64,000 nucleotides of DNA from a bacterium (GCA_018672055.1 JABHGM010000001.1:353404-417403); one strand, 5' to 3'; positions 40,737-51,695 are shown, counted from the first letter of the stretch. Notes: a model not told the origin generated them from the letters alone. Numbers and translations are program-made.

Positions 40737-41933
40737 ATGGCTAAATCTAAATCAATAGAAATAAAACCAGATATAGAAACTTTTGCAAAAATTAAAGTGA
40801 TTGGTTTAGGTGGATCAGGTGGATCTGCTATCAATCGCATGATTAAGTCTAAGCTTCATGGTATTGAGTTTATTGCTATAAATACCGATGCTCAGGCTTT
40901 AAATAGTAATAAGGCATCAAAAAAGGTACATATAGGTAGAGAAGCTACTCGTGGTTTAGGTGCTGGTATGGATCCAGAACTAGGTGCTCAAGCTGCTGAA
41001 GAAAATGAAGAAGATATTAGGAAAGCTTTAGATGGAGCTGACATGGTTTTTATAACCTGTGGTTTAGGTGGTGGTACTGGTACAGGCTCTGCTCCAATTG
41101 TAGCTGATATTGCTCGTGAACTTGGTGCTTTAACGGTTGGTGTGGTCACTAAGCCGTTTTCTTTTGAAGGTGCTCAAAGAAAAGGTATTGGAGATAGAGG
41201 TTTAGATAGTTTAACTGATAAGGTTGATACAATAATTACAATTCCTAATGATAGATTATTACAAGTAATTGATAAGAAGACATCTTTACTTGATGCCTTC
41301 GCTATTGTTGATGAAGTTTTAAAACAAGGTGTCCAAGGAATTTCTGAAATAATTACAGTACCAGGACTCGTTAATGTCGATTTCGCTGATGTAAAAGCTA
41401 TTATGAAAGATGCTGGGTCTGCTTTAATGGGTATTGGTAGAGCAAGTGGTGAATCAAGAGCCGTTGATGCAGCTCGTGCTGCTATTGATAGTCCTTTGCT
41501 TGAATTGTCTATTAAAGGTGCTAAAGGAGTTCTCTTCACTATTTCTGGTAGTAAAGATTTAAGTATGCATGAAGTTAACGAAGCCGCCGAGGTAATAACT
41601 TCTTCAGTTGATCAAAATGCTAAAGTTATCTTTGGAGCTATTATTGATGAATCTTTAACTGATGAAGTAAAGATTACAGTAATTGCTACTGGCTTTAATA
41701 CAGCTAGATCAGATGGTGGAGATGTAGATTCAGTTATTAAGGAAGATACTTTTAATACAACACCTGCTTTTGAAAAAATAGTAGAGAAACCTCCAATAGC
41801 AAGTCGTAATCTTTTTTCTAAAAAAGCTAGTAAAAAAGATTCAGCTGAAAAAGTAAGTTTGCCTCCTAAATCAAAAGAAGAAGAAGAATTAGAAATACCA
41901 GCTTTCATTAGAAAAAAGATGGGTAGTAAATAA
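40737..41933 (+). CDS. ftsZ: Cell division protein FtsZ
   Basis: [24 protein letters not shown] tail. Confidence 0.99.
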   Translation: MAKSKSIEIKPDIETFAKIKVIGLGGSGGSAINRMIKSKLHGIEFIAINTDAQALNSNKASKKVHIGREATRGLGAGMDPELGAQAAEENEEDIRKALDGADMVFITCGLGGGTGTGSAPIVADIARELGALTVGVVTKPFSFEGAQRKGIGDRGLDSLTDKVDTIITIPNDRLLQVIDKKTSLLDAFAIVDEVLKQGVQGISEIITVPGLVNVDFADVKAIMKDAGSALMGIGRASGESRAVDAARAAIDSPLLELSIKGAKGVLFTISGSKDLSMHEVNEAAEVITSSVDQNAKVIFGAIIDESLTDEVKITVIATGFNTARSDGGDVDSVIKEDTFNTTPAFEKIVEKPPIASRNLFSKKASKKDSAEKVSLPPKSKEEEELEIPAFIRKKMGSK

Positions 41934-41936
41934 TAT

Positions 41937-42413
41937 ATGAAATGTCCTGTTTGTTTAACACAAGATACCAAAGTAAATGATTCTCGATTAATTGATGATG
42001 GTTTCTCAATAAGAAGAAGAAGAGAATGTCAGAAATGTAATTTTAGGTTTTCAACTCAAGAACAGATGGAAATTCTAAATTTAATGGTAATTAAAAGAGA
42101 TGGTAACAAAGAATCATATCAACAAGATAAGATAAAAAGAGGTTTAGAAAGAGCTTTAGAAAAAAGACCATATTCACTAGATCAATTTAAAAAGTTAGTT
42201 AACAGAGTAGAGAGAGATTTTCAGAAAAAAAAGAAAGAAGAAATTACTAGTGAAGAAATAGGTGAGGTCTTAATGAAAAGATTAAAGAGTTTTGATAAGG
42301 TAGCCTATATACGTTTTGCTTCAGTCTATAGATCATTTGAAGATGTTAAGACGTTTCAAAAAGAGTTAAAGAGTTTAGTAAATAAGAGAGTTCAAAAAAA
42401 TAAGAAAAAATAA
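41937..42413 (+). CDS. nrdR: Transcriptional repressor NrdR
   Basis: MKCPVC...DSR...IRRRREC..C..RFST, ATP cone, VAYIRFASVYR. Confidence 0.97.
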   Translation: MKCPVCLTQDTKVNDSRLIDDGFSIRRRRECQKCNFRFSTQEQMEILNLMVIKRDGNKESYQQDKIKRGLERALEKRPYSLDQFKKLVNRVERDFQKKKKEEITSEEIGEVLMKRLKSFDKVAYIRFASVYRSFEDVKTFQKELKSLVNKRVQKNKKK

Positions 42414-42883
42414 TGGAAAGACATTTTAACAGAGTAACTAGAATTATAATTGCCGGAACTTTGGCAATAATTATTTGGATAGTTGGTGTAATAATTGGTC
42501 AAGAACAAACAGTTACTATTTTAAATCCAGAAGGTGGTTTAGGTGGTCTAATTAGCAGAAGTAGAACAGCTCAAGTAAGTTTAATGTTAGATTATGGTAC
42601 AGGTGAAATTAAAGTATATCCGGAGATTAAATTAAGCTATGGTTCATCAGTTTTAGACTTACTTGATCGTATTAATAATTTAGAAAGTGAATTTAATCTA
42701 AACTATACTTTAGAAGATAATATAGAACTTACTTCATTTACTATAAGTGATTATCCAAATATATTAGACGGTAAGAATTGGTTAGTTTGGATTGATAATG
42801 GATTACAAGTTGATGACTATAATCTAATAAAATTAAAGTCAGGTGATAATATAGAATTAAAATATATTAAATTAAAAGAATAA
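42413..42883 (+). CDS. Membrane-anchored protein, DUF4430-like domain
   Basis: N-terminal TM; VSLMLDYG...SVLDLL...W..WIDNG...LKSGDNIELKY pattern. Confidence 0.55.
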   Translation: MERHFNRVTRIIIAGTLAIIIWIVGVIIGQEQTVTILNPEGGLGGLISRSRTAQVSLMLDYGTGEIKVYPEIKLSYGSSVLDLLDRINNLESEFNLNYTLEDNIELTSFTISDYPNILDGKNWLVWIDNGLQVDDYNLIKLKSGDNIELKYIKLKE

Positions 42884-42887
42884 ATAT

Positions 42888-43247
42888 ATGCCTAATTATC
42901 AAGGCGCTTCATTAGAAGAGCAAGTTAAAGTACTCTTAGAACAAAATTTAGCTTACTCAAAAGAAATATATCATATGTCTAAAAAGATAAAGGGATATAT
43001 TTTATGGGGCAGAATAATGACAACTGTAAGTATAGTTGTTTTTGTTATTTTACCAATTGTAGTTGGTTTCGTGGTTTTACCACCCCTTTTAAATGATGCT
43101 ATGAGTCAATTTTTACCAGCTGGAAGTAAATCAAATACTGGGTTACTTGGTGATGATGCATCGACAACTGATTTAATAGATATGATCAAAAATAGTGGTG
43201 GTGCTTTAAATTATTATCAGCAGATTTTAGATCAAACTAATCAGTGA
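42888..43247 (+). CDS. Hypothetical single-TM protein
   Basis: LLEQNL..SKEIY.M.KKIK.YILW plus a TM helix; operonic spacing. Confidence 0.7.
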   Translation: MPNYQGASLEEQVKVLLEQNLAYSKEIYHMSKKIKGYILWGRIMTTVSIVVFVILPIVVGFVVLPPLLNDAMSQFLPAGSKSNTGLLGDDASTTDLIDMIKNSGGALNYYQQILDQTNQ

Positions 43248-43312
43248 TAAATATTTTAAATAATATATTTACCTCTTTTAATTAGAGGTTTTTATATCTC
43301 TTCTTAAAAAAT

Positions 43313-43918
43313 ATGAATTTGTATCATAATATAAGATTAATAGATGAATTAGGTATTCCGCATCCTAAATGGGAATTTGTTAGGTCAAGTAAAGAATTAA
43401 AAAAATTTCATACTACTAAAGATTATTGTGGTTGGACAATACGTGTTGCTTTTTTTAAAGATAATGATTTTAGAAAACCTATCTATGATAATTGGGTGCC
43501 TAAAAATAAAGTATTAAAAAAAGTAGATGAATTTGCAGAACTAGCTCAAAATGATTATTTTATCGTAGTATACCCATCTTGGAAGTTTAATAAATCAGGT
43601 ACCCTTTTAATTGATGATGACCAATATATAATTGAAGCACATGCAGGTAGTGTTCAAGATTTAATGAGAAAAGGTAATGTAGATACTAGTTTAGTATTTA
43701 ACAGAGAAATGAAATTAATAGATGATAGTATTGGTAATCCAGATTTTTTAACTAAGAAAGAAATAAAGAATATTTTAAAAGCTACAGATATTATTAACAA
43801 GCCTACTATGTTAGAATGGGCTATTGGTCAACAAAATGAATTTAATTTTAATAAATTAGAAGATTTAAAAGTAGCAGGTAAAATGTTAGTAAAAAAATAT
43901 GAAGGAACAGTTAGATAA
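43313..43918 (+). CDS. Hypothetical protein (possible degenerate ATP-grasp-like fold)
   Basis: 201-aa ORF overlapping the prfB start; LGIPHPKWEFV.S..EL N-terminus. Confidence 0.6.
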   Translation: MNLYHNIRLIDELGIPHPKWEFVRSSKELKKFHTTKDYCGWTIRVAFFKDNDFRKPIYDNWVPKNKVLKKVDEFAELAQNDYFIVVYPSWKFNKSGTLLIDDDQYIIEAHAGSVQDLMRKGNVDTSLVFNREMKLIDDSIGNPDFLTKKEIKNILKATDIINKPTMLEWAIGQQNEFNFNKLEDLKVAGKMLVKKYEGTVR

Positions 43919-44972
43919 AATAAAAGAGCTTAAAAAAAGAATTAAAGATTTAAAATCTAATATTGATTTTAATTCCAAAAAAGAAGAAATAACTAGTTTA
44001 GAAGAAAGAATGAATACACCTAATTTTTGGGGCAATCAAGATGAAGCAACTATGGTTTCACAAAAAGTAGCCGCTCTTAAAGAAGAGATAACTAATTGGA
44101 AAGATATTGATACTGGAATAAAAGATATGTATGATTTAGCTAAAGAAGATGAAGATATTGATTTAAATGATGAGTATGAAATATTAAATAGTAAATTTAA
44201 TAAGTTAGAAATACTTACAGTGTTAAATAATAAATATGATGATTCTAATGCTATATTATCAATTTACGCTGGAGCTGGCGGAGTAGATGCTCAAGATTGG
44301 GCAGAGATGTTACTTAGAATGTATTTAAGATATGCAGAAAAGAAAGATTTTAAAGTTAAAACACTAGATAAGTCAAAAGGTACTGAAGCAGGTATTAAGT
44401 CTGTTACTTTAGAAATAAAAGGTAGATATGCTTATGGTTTTTTAAAATCAGAAAGTGGAGTACATAGATTAGTTAGATTATCTCCATATGATTCTGATAA
44501 TGCTAGACATACTTCTTTTGCTATGGTGGAAATAATACCTGAGATAGAAGTAGATTCTGATTTTGAGATAAAAGATGATGACTTAAAGGTAGATACCTTT
44601 AAAGCTTCAGGTCATGGTGGTCAAAGTGTTAATACAACAGATTCAGCAGTAAGAATAACTCATTTGCCTACTAAAATAACTGTAACCTGTCAAAATGAAA
44701 GATCTCAGCATCAGAATAAAGATACAGCTTTAAAGTATTTAAGAGGTAAGTTGATCAAATATAATGAAACAAAGGTTGAAGCTGAAAGACAAAGACTAAG
44801 AGGTGAATTTACTGAAGCTGCTTGGGGCAATCAAATACGTTCATATGTATTACATCCATATAAGATGGTTAAAGATCACAGAACTAAATATGAAGAAAAA
44901 GATCCAGAACGAGTATTAGATGGAGAGATAGATAAATATATAGAAGAATATTTAAAAAGTCAGATAGAATAA
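43899..44972 (+). CDS. prfB: Peptide chain release factor 2 (no programmed frameshift)
   Basis: GAGGVDAQDW, SPY tripeptide (SPF-type), GGQ, WGNQIRSYV. Confidence 0.97.
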   Translation: MKEQLDKIKELKKRIKDLKSNIDFNSKKEEITSLEERMNTPNFWGNQDEATMVSQKVAALKEEITNWKDIDTGIKDMYDLAKEDEDIDLNDEYEILNSKFNKLEILTVLNNKYDDSNAILSIYAGAGGVDAQDWAEMLLRMYLRYAEKKDFKVKTLDKSKGTEAGIKSVTLEIKGRYAYGFLKSESGVHRLVRLSPYDSDNARHTSFAMVEIIPEIEVDSDFEIKDDDLKVDTFKASGHGGQSVNTTDSAVRITHLPTKITVTCQNERSQHQNKDTALKYLRGKLIKYNETKVEAERQRLRGEFTEAAWGNQIRSYVLHPYKMVKDHRTKYEEKDPERVLDGEIDKYIEEYLKSQIE

Positions 44973-45001
44973 AAAAAGACCCGTCCTAAGATGGGTCTTT
45001 A
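44971..45001. terminator. Bidirectional terminator between prfB and the paralog array
   Basis: aaagacccgtc-ctaa-gatgggtcttt. Confidence 0.8.
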
Positions 45002-45013
45002 TTTGGAAATATA

Positions 45014-45541
45014 TTAAATATTAATTATTCCAACCTCATTAGCTATTGCTATATAAGTAAGTATTGATAATGAAGTAGTAGTTAATCCAAGACTAATGAA
45101 GAAGCAACTTTTAAATGCTTTTTCTTTTTTTTGAGGATCAGAATAGTCAACTGCCCAATCAAGATAATCAAGTATATATATGAATAGTATTATAGCGCTT
45201 ATTATAATAAGTATACTACCTGCTATTTTCCATGCTATATGACTTTGAATAAAACTTAATAGAATAAGTATTATTGAGGACAAAAAGCATTGAGTCATAA
45301 AATAGAAAATGATTGGTGATTTTAGATTAATACTACTAACAAAATGTATTTTTGTACCATCAATTTTTAATATTTTAGCTATTAAGAAAAAAGTAATTGG
45401 TAGTAAAAATAATATTATACTAAGTGTACCAGCGGATTTATTATATTCTATTTCACTATGCGCTTGGATGAGCATGAAATCAGTACATATTAATATAGTT
45501 ATTAATGAGACAATAATCTCTCTCGATATTCTAAGTAACAT
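45014..45541 (-). CDS. Hypothetical polytopic membrane protein (paralog 1 of 3)
   Basis: About 5 TM helices; YFMTQCFLSSIILILLS and FFISLGLT match the 46305 protein; AAGGAG RBS. Confidence 0.75.
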   Translation of the reverse strand: MLLRISREIIVSLITILICTDFMLIQAHSEIEYNKSAGTLSIILFLLPITFFLIAKILKIDGTKIHFVSSINLKSPIIFYFMTQCFLSSIILILLSFIQSHIAWKIAGSILIIISAIILFIYILDYLDWAVDYSDPQKKEKAFKSCFFISLGLTTTSLSILTYIAIANEVGIINI

Positions 45542-45593
45542 TTATTCTCCTTTTTAAAAAGCAATAATATTGTATTCTAATTTAATTTTATCT

Positions 45594-45619
45594 ATTTGTC
45601 AATTATTGAAATAAAAAAC
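45594..45619. repeat. 26-bp direct repeat, copy 1 (copy 2 at 46247-46272)
   Basis: atttgtcaattattgaaataaaaaac is identical in both spacers; contains TTGACA on the minus strand. Confidence 0.9.
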
Positions 45620-45656
45620 TCTTCATTCAGGAAGAGTTTATGTAGCTACTTAATAT

Positions 45657-46184
45657 TTACCAAGTTAACCAATTTTGAAGAGCAAAATTTTCTAAATATG
45701 TGGGAAGATTATTATATATCCTAACAGTTGGTATCATGATTACTAAATAGAGACAAAGAGTAGTTAATAGACCTATTATTGTCCATTGTTCTTTAGAATT
45801 TATGTACTTATTATATTCGTAATTTCTATCTATTGTATCTGTTAGTAATCTAGTTGCATAATATAGAAGAAATACAATCACTATGAGACCAGGCATGATT
45901 TGAGCTGACGTTGGATTTGCATTTTTCGCTATAAGAAGACCACTAATAGCAATAATTAGGAGCTGACTAACTATTACATAATCTCTTATTTTATTTACTT
46001 CTTTACCTTTTTTATATGGACCAGGATTTAATGAAAATGCCATTAAAATATATACAAAGATACTAATACCAACAGTCATATTATATCCTATAATCGGGGC
46101 AAGGCATATATAAAAAATAAATGTAAATAATAGTCCAATTACTGAAATACCAAAACTTTTACATATCGTATAAAAATTATTCAT
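45657..46184 (-). CDS. Hypothetical polytopic membrane protein (diverged paralog 2 of 3)
   Basis: Similar size and topology; YVIVSQLL; C-terminal YLENFALQNW resembles ILDYFCLQKYW; AGGAG RBS. Confidence 0.7.
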   Translation of the reverse strand: MNNFYTICKSFGISVIGLLFTFIFYICLAPIIGYNMTVGISIFVYILMAFSLNPGPYKKGKEVNKIRDYVIVSQLLIIAISGLLIAKNANPTSAQIMPGLIVIVFLLYYATRLLTDTIDRNYEYNKYINSKEQWTIIGLLTTLCLYLVIMIPTVRIYNNLPTYLENFALQNWLTW

Positions 46185-46246
46185 TTTACACTCCTATTTT
46201 TATTTATTTGAAAGATCGTTAATTACAACTTAGTATACATAATATG

Positions 46247-46272
46247 ATTTGTCAATTATTGAAATAAAAAAC
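46247..46272. repeat. 26-bp direct repeat, copy 2
   Basis: Identical to 45594-45619. Confidence 0.9.
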
Positions 46273-46304
46273 CCATCGTAAAGACGGGTTTATAAGGATT
46301 GATA

Positions 46305-46952
46305 TTAATTAAGTAAGTACCAATATTTTTGTAAACAGAAATAATCTAAGATAGATGATTTATCTGCAGCAACTGTTATTGTTGAGTATGTTATCAGTAT
46401 CAATAATACAGCTGTTAATATGAGACTAACAAAAAACCAGTATTTGTACTTTTGTTCAATATTAAAGAATGGGTGATAAGGCATCGGCGCATGGTGATCA
46501 TAGTAATCAGTTAAAGCATTTACCCACTTAAAATATTTATTTGAAAAATATATCATGATGAGAAAACTAGCTATACTAATAATCATGTTACCTATTTCAT
46601 CAATAAAAGGTTGATAAAATGTACTGACCAAAATTAATATAGTCGCTGAAAGATAAGATTGAGTTACTAAATATAGATTGGTTGGTTTATCATATTTTTT
46701 GGATTCTTCTGAGTAATGGGCTTCTTTAGGATGAGAAAGAGGTTTTTTATATAATTCAAGTATCCATATTCCAGCTGGTGTTATTATTAACATCCATCCA
46801 AGAAAGTGGAATGATTGTTGGAAACTCATTCCAAGCTTTACTCCAAATATAATTAAGCTAATACAATATAGCAAACTTAGTATGGGGTATAAGAAATTAC
46901 GAGATATATTTTTTATTGAATATATTCTTATTTCTTTTTTTGTTGGTACCAT
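46305..46952 (-). CDS. Hypothetical polytopic membrane protein (paralog 3 of 3)
   Basis: YLVTQSYLSATILILVS, FFVSLILT; AAGGAG RBS. Confidence 0.75.
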   Translation of the reverse strand: MVPTKKEIRIYSIKNISRNFLYPILSLLYCISLIIFGVKLGMSFQQSFHFLGWMLIITPAGIWILELYKKPLSHPKEAHYSEESKKYDKPTNLYLVTQSYLSATILILVSTFYQPFIDEIGNMIISIASFLIMIYFSNKYFKWVNALTDYYDHHAPMPYHPFFNIEQKYKYWFFVSLILTAVLLILITYSTITVAADKSSILDYFCLQKYWYLLN

Positions 46953-47058
46953 TAGGTTCTCCTTTATTTTTTAAAAAGCAATAAAGAATTATCTTAACTT
47001 AATTTATATTATTTGTCAATGTTTAGCCAAAATTCGTAATATATAGTAAAATAGATAT

Positions 47059-48432
47059 ATGAATAAAATATATCTATATAACACTCTAACGCGTAAGAAA
47101 GAGATATTTAAGCCTATACGAGGTAATAAGGTTGGTTTATATACATGTGGTCCTACAGTATATAATTACGCACATATTGGTAATTTAAGAACCTATGTTT
47201 TTGAAGATGTTTTAAGACGTGTTTTAGAATTTAATAAATATCGTGTAAAACATATAATGAATATTACTGATGTTGGGCACTTAACATCAGATGGTGATAC
47301 TGGTGAAGACAAGATAGAAAAAGGAGCAGAGCGAGAAGGTAAGACAGTTTGGCAGATAGCAGAGTACTATACTGATGCTTTTAAAGAACATCTTAATGCT
47401 TTAAATATTTTAATGCCTGATAAATGGGTAAAAGCTACTGACTATATTAAATTACAAATTAAATTAATTAAGAAATTAGAAAAAAAAGGTTTAACATATA
47501 AAATAGCTGATGGTATTTACTTTGATAGCTCTAAGTACAATGAATATGCAAAATTAGCTAAATTAAATATAAAAGGGCAAAGAGAAGGGGCTAGAGTAGA
47601 AGTGAATAAAGAAAAGAAGAATTCAACTGATTTTGCTTTATGGAAATTTAGTCCTAAAGATTCAAAAAGACAAATGGAATGGGCTAGTCCGTGGGGTAAG
47701 GGTTTTCCAGGTTGGCATTTAGAATGTAGTACTCTTAGTATGAAATTCTTAGGTAAAGAGTTTGATATTCATTGTGGAGGCATAGATCATATACCTGTAC
47801 ATCATACTAACGAGAGGGCTCAGAATTGGGGTATAACAGGGAGTGAAGTAGTTAAGTATTGGGTTCATGGAGAATTTTTAATAATGGATAAGAATAAGAT
47901 GGCTAAGAGTGAAGGTAATTTTATTATTCTACAAACTTTGATTGATAAAAAATTTAATCCATTAGCTTATAAGTATTTTATATTACAAGCACATTATAGG
48001 TCTAAGTTAAATTTTTCATATGAAGCATTACAAGCTGCTCAAACTGGTTATGATAATTTAATTAGAACTATTTCTAGTTTTGATAAACCAGGTAAAGTAT
48101 GTAGTAGCTGTTTAGAAAGATTTCAAAAAGCTATTAATAATGATTTAGACACTTCTAAAGCTTTAGCTATACTTCAAGAATTAATTAAATCAGATAAGGC
48201 TAGTTCTGTTAAAAGAGCTACTATAATTGAATTTGATAAAGTATTAGGACTTAATTTAAATCAGTATAAAGAAGAGAAGAAATTAAGTGATGATATAAAA
48301 AAGTTAATTGAAGAAAGGCAAAAGGCAAGAGAGAAGAAAGATTTTAAAAAGTCTGATGAATTAAGAAATAAATTAAAAGAACAAGGTATTAGTATTAAAG
48401 ATTTACCTGATAATAAGTATGAGCTCGATTAA
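47059..48432 (+). CDS. cysS: Cysteine--tRNA ligase
   Basis: [30 protein letters not shown]. Confidence 0.98.
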   Translation: MNKIYLYNTLTRKKEIFKPIRGNKVGLYTCGPTVYNYAHIGNLRTYVFEDVLRRVLEFNKYRVKHIMNITDVGHLTSDGDTGEDKIEKGAEREGKTVWQIAEYYTDAFKEHLNALNILMPDKWVKATDYIKLQIKLIKKLEKKGLTYKIADGIYFDSSKYNEYAKLAKLNIKGQREGARVEVNKEKKNSTDFALWKFSPKDSKRQMEWASPWGKGFPGWHLECSTLSMKFLGKEFDIHCGGIDHIPVHHTNERAQNWGITGSEVVKYWVHGEFLIMDKNKMAKSEGNFIILQTLIDKKFNPLAYKYFILQAHYRSKLNFSYEALQAAQTGYDNLIRTISSFDKPGKVCSSCLERFQKAINNDLDTSKALAILQELIKSDKASSVKRATIIEFDKVLGLNLNQYKEEKKLSDDIKKLIEERQKAREKKDFKKSDELRNKLKEQGISIKDLPDNKYELD

Positions 48433-48910
48433 AGTTATTGAATATAAAGGAGATAAAAAGGTACTTGTGAAGCTCATTGAAGAGTTACAAGATTATTTAG
48501 TTAAGGTAGATCCATTAAAAAGACGTATAAGATTACCAGAATATGGAGAAATATATATTGATAATCTCTTAAAAGAGATTAGTGAAAATAATGGAATAAT
48601 TTACATTGCAGAATTTAAAAATACGCCAGTGGGTATGATTGCAGGAATTATTGAAGAATTTACTAAAAATGATGAAATAGAATATATTTCTTCTAAACCT
48701 GCAAAAGTTTTAGAATTAATTGTAAGTGAAAAAAATCGTGGGAAAAATATTGGAAAATTACTTATGGATAAAATGGAAGAATATTTTAAAACTAAAGAAT
48801 GCGATATAATTCAGGTTAAAGTATTTGAACCAAATAAAGACGCACATGGTTTTTATAAAAAACTTGGATATCAGGATAGATTTATAGATATGATTAAGGA
48901 ATCTAAATAA
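48419..48910 (+). CDS. GNAT family N-acetyltransferase
   Basis: [17 protein letters not shown] acetyl-CoA motif, [11 protein letters not shown]. Confidence 0.9.
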   Translation: MSSIKVIEYKGDKKVLVKLIEELQDYLVKVDPLKRRIRLPEYGEIYIDNLLKEISENNGIIYIAEFKNTPVGMIAGIIEEFTKNDEIEYISSKPAKVLELIVSEKNRGKNIGKLLMDKMEEYFKTKECDIIQVKVFEPNKDAHGFYKKLGYQDRFIDMIKESK

Positions 48911-48940
48911 CGCCATTTAATATATTGATTGAATTATAAT

Positions 48941-49327
48941 ATGAAAATGGAAGAATACTTTAAAAAGGGTCAAGCATATGTTTGGAAAGAAACGTTTGCA
49001 ATTATCAAAGCAAATAAAATTGATTCACAATCTTTTGTAAATATTGTTGATAAACATGAAATAACTGTTATTATTGATGAAAACAAAATAGATAAAAATA
49101 ATGTAATAGAAATAATGAAAGGATGGAAGATATTTACGCTTGATATTGTTTTCCCATCAACTTTTTGTGGGGTTACAGCTAAAATAGCAAGTGAATTATC
49201 TAAGAAAAATATTAGTATCATGCCAATTGCTGCATATTCAAGAGATCATTTCTTAATAAAAGAAGAAAATATAGTTAAAGCAATAAAAGTATTTGAAAGT
49301 TTAGGAATAAAAATAAAGATATATTAG
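48941..49327 (+). CDS. ACT-domain protein (ACT_7/CASTOR-like)
   Basis: EITVII, GVTAKIASELSKKNISI..IAAYSRDHFLI. Confidence 0.8.
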   Translation: MKMEEYFKKGQAYVWKETFAIIKANKIDSQSFVNIVDKHEITVIIDENKIDKNNVIEIMKGWKIFTLDIVFPSTFCGVTAKIASELSKKNISIMPIAAYSRDHFLIKEENIVKAIKVFESLGIKIKIY

Positions 49328-49402
49328 TAAGTACGAGCTTGACTAATATATATAAATAGTATAATTTGTAACAAACAGGGTCATTAATATGGCGCTGTTT
49401 TT

Positions 49403-50875
49403 ATGTTATTTAGAAAATCACAATTTGTTTTTTATACTTGTTTAAGTTTTGTATTAGGTATTGGTATAGCTTCTTTTATTTTAATACCTAATTTTTATCT
49501 ATATATCTTTTTTTTATTAAGTTTAGTTATATTAATATTATCTTCAAGCAAGTCATTACTTCAATTAATTGGCTTGTCTTGTATATTCTTAATTTTAGGT
49601 ATTTATAGATACAACATATCAATTCCAAATATAGATGAAGATTATTTAGCATATTATAATAATGCTTCTGAATCTAAGTATAGTGAGAGAAGTAGAATAA
49701 CTTTTCAAGGGATAATAATTGATGAGCCTGATACTAGATCTGATCATATTAAATACAAAGTAGAAGGCATAGATAAAAAGGGTAGAGTTTTAGTGAAAAA
49801 TGGTTTATTTCCTAAATATAACTATGGTGATGTTTTAGAAATAAATTGTGCTTTGCAAGAAGTAGAGCCTATTGAAGATTTTAGATACGATAAATATTTA
49901 GCTTTAACAGGTGTTCGTTCTTTATGTTATAGAGGCTATATTAATTTAATAGATGAGAATCAGGGTAATTTATTCAAAGCTAGTATTTTTAAATTAAAAG
50001 ATAAAGTTGTTAAGACTTCAAGCCAAATATTACCTGAACCTCAAGCCTCATTTTTAGGTGGTTTATTATGGGGAGCTAAGAAAGGCATGCCTCCTGATAT
50101 ATTAGAAAATTTTAATCGTACTGGTGTTACTCATATAATAGCTGTTTCTGGTTATAATATAACAATTATTGCAGTAATGCTTACTAATCTATTTATATCA
50201 CTTGGTATATCTCGTAAAAAAGCCTTTATATTAATATTATTAGGTATAATATTTTTTGTTATTATAACTGGTTCTCCAGCTTCAATAGTACGTGCTGGGA
50301 TAATGGGCGTTATTGCTCTTATTTCTACTACTATAGGTAGAGCAACTTCAATGAATAATATATTAGTTTTAGTTTGCTTAATAATGCTTTCTTTTAATCC
50401 TTTAGTTTTAATATGGGATGCTGGGTTTCAATTATCTTTTTTAGCTACTATTGGTCTTGTTTACTTTGTACCAATTATTGAAAGATATTTTAAGTATTTG
50501 CCTAATGTTTTAGAAATACGTGATTCTTTATCTACTACAATGGCTGCTATTATTTTAACTACGCCTCTTATACTATTTCAATTTAAACGTTTTTCTTTTT
50601 TAGCACCTATTGCTAACTTATTAATTTTACCTATTATACCAATTAATATGGCTGTTGGGTTCTTAGGCGTTGTATTAGGTATGATTTATGTTCCTCTGGG
50701 TAAAGTAATCGGTTATTTATCATGGATTATTTTAACTTATGTTTTAAAGTTAACCGAAATCTTATCTAAAGTAACTTGGGCTTCTGTTGAAATTGGTAAT
50801 TTTCATTGGTCATTTATGTTACTTAGTTATTTATTAATTTTTATTTTAATAATACGTCATGAAAAAGTTACTTAA
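49403..50875 (+). CDS. comEC: ComEC/Rec2 competence channel (DUF4131 + Competence domain)
   Basis: TGVTHIIAVSGYN, SIVRAGIM, DAGFQLSFLAT, ANLLILP. Confidence 0.95.
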   Translation: MLFRKSQFVFYTCLSFVLGIGIASFILIPNFYLYIFFLLSLVILILSSSKSLLQLIGLSCIFLILGIYRYNISIPNIDEDYLAYYNNASESKYSERSRITFQGIIIDEPDTRSDHIKYKVEGIDKKGRVLVKNGLFPKYNYGDVLEINCALQEVEPIEDFRYDKYLALTGVRSLCYRGYINLIDENQGNLFKASIFKLKDKVVKTSSQILPEPQASFLGGLLWGAKKGMPPDILENFNRTGVTHIIAVSGYNITIIAVMLTNLFISLGISRKKAFILILLGIIFFVIITGSPASIVRAGIMGVIALISTTIGRATSMNNILVLVCLIMLSFNPLVLIWDAGFQLSFLATIGLVYFVPIIERYFKYLPNVLEIRDSLSTTMAAIILTTPLILFQFKRFSFLAPIANLLILPIIPINMAVGFLGVVLGMIYVPLGKVIGYLSWIILTYVLKLTEILSKVTWASVEIGNFHWSFMLLSYLLIFILIIRHEKVT

Positions 50876-51695
50876 AATATTATTCTCATTTATTATATTA
50901 ATCTCTATATTATTATCTATAATTTATTTTGAAAATAATAATAGATTAAGAATATATTTTTTTAATATTGGTCAAGGTGATTCTATTTTCATTAGAACTC
51001 CTTCTAATGAAAATATATTAATTGATGGTGGTCCTGATAATACGTTAATTACTAAGTTAGGCAGCACGCTACCTTTCTATGATCAAACAATTGATTTAAT
51101 TATTTTAACTCATCCTCATGATGATCATTTATTTGGTTTAATAAATGTATTAGAAAGATATAATGTAAAAAAAATACTATATTACCCAACTAATCATGAA
51201 ACTAGAGCATATACTAATTTTAAAGAGATTATTTCAGAAAAAAATATTCCTACAGTTGAGGCTCTAGCTGGTCAAATATTTAATTTTAAAGATGTTAAGA
51301 TAAAAGTAATCTATCCATTCCCTGATCTTGAAATGAGTAATTTAAATAATTACTCTGTTGTTACTAGGCTTAGCTATCAAGAAATTGATTTTTTCTTTAC
51401 TGGTGATTTAGAAAAAGAAGGTGAGGAAATTGTTTTAGAAAATTATGAATATTTAGAATCTGAAGTATTAAAAGCAGGGCATCATGGTAGTAAAACTTCT
51501 AGTACTTTAGAGTTTGTTAAGTTTTTAAATCCAGATATAGTTGCTATACAAGTCGGGGTGGATAATAAGTTCAATCATCCGTCAGAATCAGTTATTGCTA
51601 GGTTTAATAACTTAGATATTGAGATATATAGGAATGATTTAATGGGTGATATATGCTTTGAAGTATTTGATAATATATTAAGTTTATGTGAATAA
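50859..51695 (+). CDS. ComEC-associated metallo-beta-lactamase-fold domain, encoded separately
   Basis: GQGDS, LIDGG, THPHDDH, FTGD, KAGHHGS, NHP. Confidence 0.92.
   Translation: MKKLLKILFSFIILISILLSIIYFENNNRLRIYFFNIGQGDSIFIRTPSNENILIDGGPDNTLITKLGSTLPFYDQTIDLIILTHPHDDHLFGLINVLERYNVKKILYYPTNHETRAYTNFKEIISEKNIPTVEALAGQIFNFKDVKIKVIYPFPDLEMSNLNNYSVVTRLSYQEIDFFFTGDLEKEGEEIVLENYEYLESEVLKAGHHGSKTSSTLEFVKFLNPDIVAIQVGVDNKFNHPSESVIARFNNLDIEIYRNDLMGDICFEVFDNILSLCE

Noticed and set aside
45594-46272. CRISPR array or integron attC sites
   Set aside because: Only two exact copies separated by a whole gene; no cas or intI gene and no attC R/L boxes
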